From Dehalococcoidia bacterium (GTDB lineage: Bacteria > Chloroflexota > Dehalococcoidia > DSTF01 > JACRBR01), in the NCBI GenBank assembly GCA_021462855.1, contig JAJTXQ010000021.1, forward strand, positions 1,430-65,429: a stretch of DNA of 64,000 nucleotides, in the 5' to 3' direction. How positions within the stretch are numbered: position 1 is the first letter of the stretch; every line of letters starts with the position of its first letter. A model generated the notes under the pieces. The model made no database searches. It had not been told where the DNA came from and worked only from the letters and a program-made list of their open reading frames with translations. Of this stretch, positions 61,305 to 64,000 are shown in pieces. The position numbers were made by a program, and so were the translations under genes.

Positions 61305-63215
61305 GTGGCGTACTGGGGCGCCGGTCAGGCGGGCGGATGGAGCGGCGGGCAGTGGAACCAGCAACTGCGGCCGAACTCGCTCACGCGCTCGACCGACGGC
61401 TGGAACGACGACGAGCTCGGCTCGGTCTACAACCACCGCGTCGTCGTGCGCCTGTCGAAGTACGTGATGCCGTACCGCGGGCGGCTGTTGCTCGCGCTCG
61501 CCGGCACGCTCGGCACGGCGATCATGACGCGCTCGATGCCGCTTGCCGTGCGCGGGCTCGTCGCCGCGGCGATCGTGAACAACTTCAGCGACATCACGAA
61601 ATGGGGCTGGGTGTACATCGTCCTCGCCGCGCTGGCGGCGGGGTTCTCGTACCTGCAACTGACCATGTCCGGCTGGGTCGGCCACCGGCTGCTGCTCAAG
61701 CTGCGCCGCGAGATGTTCGCGCACCTGCAGCGCCTGTCGCTGCGCTTCTACGACAACAACGAGGTCGGCCGCGTCATGTCGCGCGTCACCAGCGACGTCA
61801 CATCCCTTCAGGACCTGATGACGAGCGGCTTTCTCACGATCTTCGGCGACATCGCCGGCATCGCCCTGTCCGTCGCCTTCCTCCTGTACTTCGACGTCCA
61901 CCTCTCGCTCGTCACCTTCACCGTCGTGCCGGTGCTCGTCATCACCATGGCCGTCTGGCAGAGCTACTCGCGCAAGGCGTTCATCCGCGTCCGCCAGGCG
62001 ATCGCCGTCGTCAACGCGAACCTGCAGGAAAACGTCTCCGGCGTGCGCGTCATCCAGTCGCTCTCGCGCGAGGATGAGAACGCGCGGCGCTTCGACCAGA
62101 TCAACCGCCAGAACCTCAACGCCAACGTCGATGCTGGCAGGCTCACCGCCGCCGTCATGCCGCTGGTCGAGGTGATCGTCGCGATGGCGATGGCGCTGGT
62201 CGTCGCCTACGGCGGCTACCGCGTGCTCAATGACCAGATGCAGGTAGCGTCGCTCATCGCCTTCACGCTCCAGATCCAGCTGTTCTTCGACCCCGTGCGC
62301 GACCTGGTGCTCCAGTACACGCAACTCCAGCGGGCGATGGCCGGCGGCGAGCGCGTGCTCGAGGTGCTCGATACGAAACCGGAGTTCGAGGACAAGCCCG
62401 ACGCCACCGTGCTCGAGGATGTGACCGGCCGCGTCGACTTCAATCACGTCACGTTCCGCTACGTCGAGGATGTGCCCGTGCTCGAGGACATCGACCTGCA
62501 CATCCGGCCGGGCGAGACGGTCGCGCTCGTCGGCGAGACAGGCGCCGGCAAGACGACGCTGACCGCGCTCGTCCTGCGCTTCTACGATGTGACCGACGGC
62601 GCGATCGCCGTCGACGGCCACGACGTCCGCGACGTCACGCACGAGAGCCTCGCCTCGCACATGGGCGTGGTGCTGCAGGACCCGTTTCTCTTCTCCGGCA
62701 CCGTCGCCGACAACATCCGCTACGGCCGGCCGGGGGCGACCGGCGACGAGGTGGAGCACGCAGCGCGCACCGTCGGCGCGCACGACTTCATCATGCGGCT
62801 CGAGGGCGGGTACGACACCTTCCTGCACGAACGCGGCATGAACCTGTCCGTCGGCCAGCGCCAGCTGCTGTCGTTCGCGCGCGCGATCATCGCCCGCCCG
62901 CGCATCCTCATCCTCGATGAAGCGACGGCGAACGTCGACACGCAGACCGAGGTGATCATCCAGCGCGCGCTCAAGACGCTGCTCGAAGGGCGCACATCGT
63001 TCGTGATCGCCCACCGGCTGTCCACCGTGCGCAACGCCGACCGCATCATCGTGCTCGAGCACGGGCGCATCGCCGAGCAAGGCACGCACGACGAGCTGCT
63101 GGCGTCCGGCGGCCGTTATGCGAACCTGTACCGCATGACGTACGCGCAGCACGGCAACGGCGCCAGCGCCGCGCCGCAGGCCACGCACGAGCCGGCGCCC
63201 GCAACCGGCGTCTGA
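61305..63215 (+). CDS. ABC exporter, fused permease and ATPase. Second of the heterodimeric pair.
   Basis: GTG start with GGAGG 6 nt upstream (inside the end of the previous gene). Walker A (GETGAGKTT), signature (LSVGQRQLLSFARA), Walker B (LILDEATANVD). Confidence 0.85.
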   Translation: MAYWGAGQAGGWSGGQWNQQLRPNSLTRSTDGWNDDELGSVYNHRVVVRLSKYVMPYRGRLLLALAGTLGTAIMTRSMPLAVRGLVAAAIVNNFSDITKWGWVYIVLAALAAGFSYLQLTMSGWVGHRLLLKLRREMFAHLQRLSLRFYDNNEVGRVMSRVTSDVTSLQDLMTSGFLTIFGDIAGIALSVAFLLYFDVHLSLVTFTVVPVLVITMAVWQSYSRKAFIRVRQAIAVVNANLQENVSGVRVIQSLSREDENARRFDQINRQNLNANVDAGRLTAAVMPLVEVIVAMAMALVVAYGGYRVLNDQMQVASLIAFTLQIQLFFDPVRDLVLQYTQLQRAMAGGERVLEVLDTKPEFEDKPDATVLEDVTGRVDFNHVTFRYVEDVPVLEDIDLHIRPGETVALVGETGAGKTTLTALVLRFYDVTDGAIAVDGHDVRDVTHESLASHMGVVLQDPFLFSGTVADNIRYGRPGATGDEVEHAARTVGAHDFIMRLEGGYDTFLHERGMNLSVGQRQLLSFARAIIARPRILILDEATANVDTQTEVIIQRALKTLLEGRTSFVIAHRLSTVRNADRIIVLEHGRIAEQGTHDELLASGGRYANLYRMTYAQHGNGASAAPQATHEPAPATGV

Positions 63216-63243
63216 CCCGCACGATCGCAAGGAGACACGCACC

Positions 63244-63873
63244 ATGCCCGCAACCGTGATCAAGGTCGGCCCGCTCGGGCCGTACGAGAACAACGCCTAC
63301 ATCATCGCCGACGATGCCACGAAGCAGGCGATCTTCGTCGACGCGCCGCTCGACAGCGCGAAGGCGATCGACGCCGCGCGGGGGTACGACGTGCGGCTCG
63401 TCGTCGTCACGCACCGGCATGGCGACCACTGGGCGAACATCGACGACGTCAAGAAGGCGACCGGCGCACCCGTGCATTGCCACGAGGACGACCGCGCGCC
63501 CTACGCCGCGAAGGTCGACGGCGCCGCCGCCGACGGCGACGAGATCGCCATCGGCGACACGCGCGTGCGCGTCATCCACACGCCCGGCCACACGCCCGGC
63601 AGCATCTGCCTGTTCGTCGAGTCAAACGGTGGCCCGGTGCTGATCTCGGGCGACACGCTGTTCCCGGGCGGGCCGGGCCGCAGCGACTCGCCCGAGGCCC
63701 TGCGCCAGATGGTCGACTCGATCGCCACCCGCCTGCTCACCCTGCCCGATGACACAGCGGTCTTCCCGGGCCACGGCGCCAACACCACGATCGCCGCCGC
63801 CCGCGCCGAGCACGCCATCTTCGCCGCACGCGAGCACCCCGCCGGCCTCTGCGGCGACGTCACCTGGGCGTAG
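63244..63873 (+). CDS. MBL-fold metallo-hydrolase (glyoxalase II-like)
   Basis: AAGGAGA RBS. Metallo-beta-lactamase motif (THRHGDHW) and downstream metal-ligand positions (HTPGHTPGS; GDTLF). Confidence 0.8.
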   Translation: MPATVIKVGPLGPYENNAYIIADDATKQAIFVDAPLDSAKAIDAARGYDVRLVVVTHRHGDHWANIDDVKKATGAPVHCHEDDRAPYAAKVDGAAADGDEIAIGDTRVRVIHTPGHTPGSICLFVESNGGPVLISGDTLFPGGPGRSDSPEALRQMVDSIATRLLTLPDDTAVFPGHGANTTIAAARAEHAIFAAREHPAGLCGDVTWA

Positions 63874-63875
63874 CG

Positions 63876-64000
63876 CGGGCCGCTACTCGTACAGGCCGGG
63901 GAGCCCCAGGTCGTTGAACTGGTCGACGCGCGAGTCGAACTCCGCCGGCAGTATCTTCAACACCGGCTCCGCCGCATCGAGCATCATGCCCGCGAAGTCC
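63876..64000 (-). CDS. 3'-terminal fragment of a minus-strand gene that runs beyond the window. Product unknown.
   Basis: Open minus-strand frame to the window edge ending …FNDLGLPGLYE* with GC-biased third positions. Confidence 0.3.

Overview
This is a very high-GC (about 70%) chromosomal window, densely packed with roughly 60 protein-coding genes. Genes often overlap by 4 nt (ATGA, GTGA or TTGA start/stop overlaps) and most have strong GGAGG-type ribosome-binding sites. I found no rRNA, tRNA, CRISPR array, transposase or phage genes.

Recognisable core functions:
- glutamate synthase gltB-gltD (minus strand)
- a MacB/FtsX-type ABC exporter
- a molybdate operon: an XRE-HTH/PBP-like regulator followed by modABC
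- a complete F-type ATP synthase operon (atpZ-B-E-F-H-A-G-D-C, minus strand); its a-subunit carries a roughly 125-residue Cys/His-rich insertion
- recJ, a Kef-type antiporter, pyrF and murI
- two ABC exporter half-transporters, a TetR-MFS pair, and several F420-type enzymes (an LLM oxidoreductase, a PPOX-like protein, and a frameshifted Ddn-like gene)

The content (F420 enzymes, Sulfotransfer_3, DUF1214, archaeal-flavoured genes) fits a high-GC Chloroflexota- or Actinobacteria-like genome, but the taxon cannot be fixed from sequence alone.

Most unusual:
1. An archaellum-type ATPase pair, an ArlH/FlaH-like KaiC-fold protein plus an ArlI/FlaI-like secretion ATPase, sits at 26575..29049. No ArlJ or archaellin gene is nearby. 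It is followed by a small acidic, probably disordered protein and flanked by other archaeal-flavoured genes (an ACD-alpha-only CoA-binding protein and a DUF1786 protein).
2. A tightly coupled five-gene operon (18241..23687) encodes an F420-type LLM oxidoreductase, an SDR, a DUF1214 protein, a sulfotransferase and an amidase. It looks like an uncharacterised sulfation pathway.
3. A non-canonical HTH-PBP regulator precedes modABC and has a perfect 10-bp inverted-repeat operator upstream.

Several perfect palindromes in intergenic regions are likely operators. They are listed as regulatory features.
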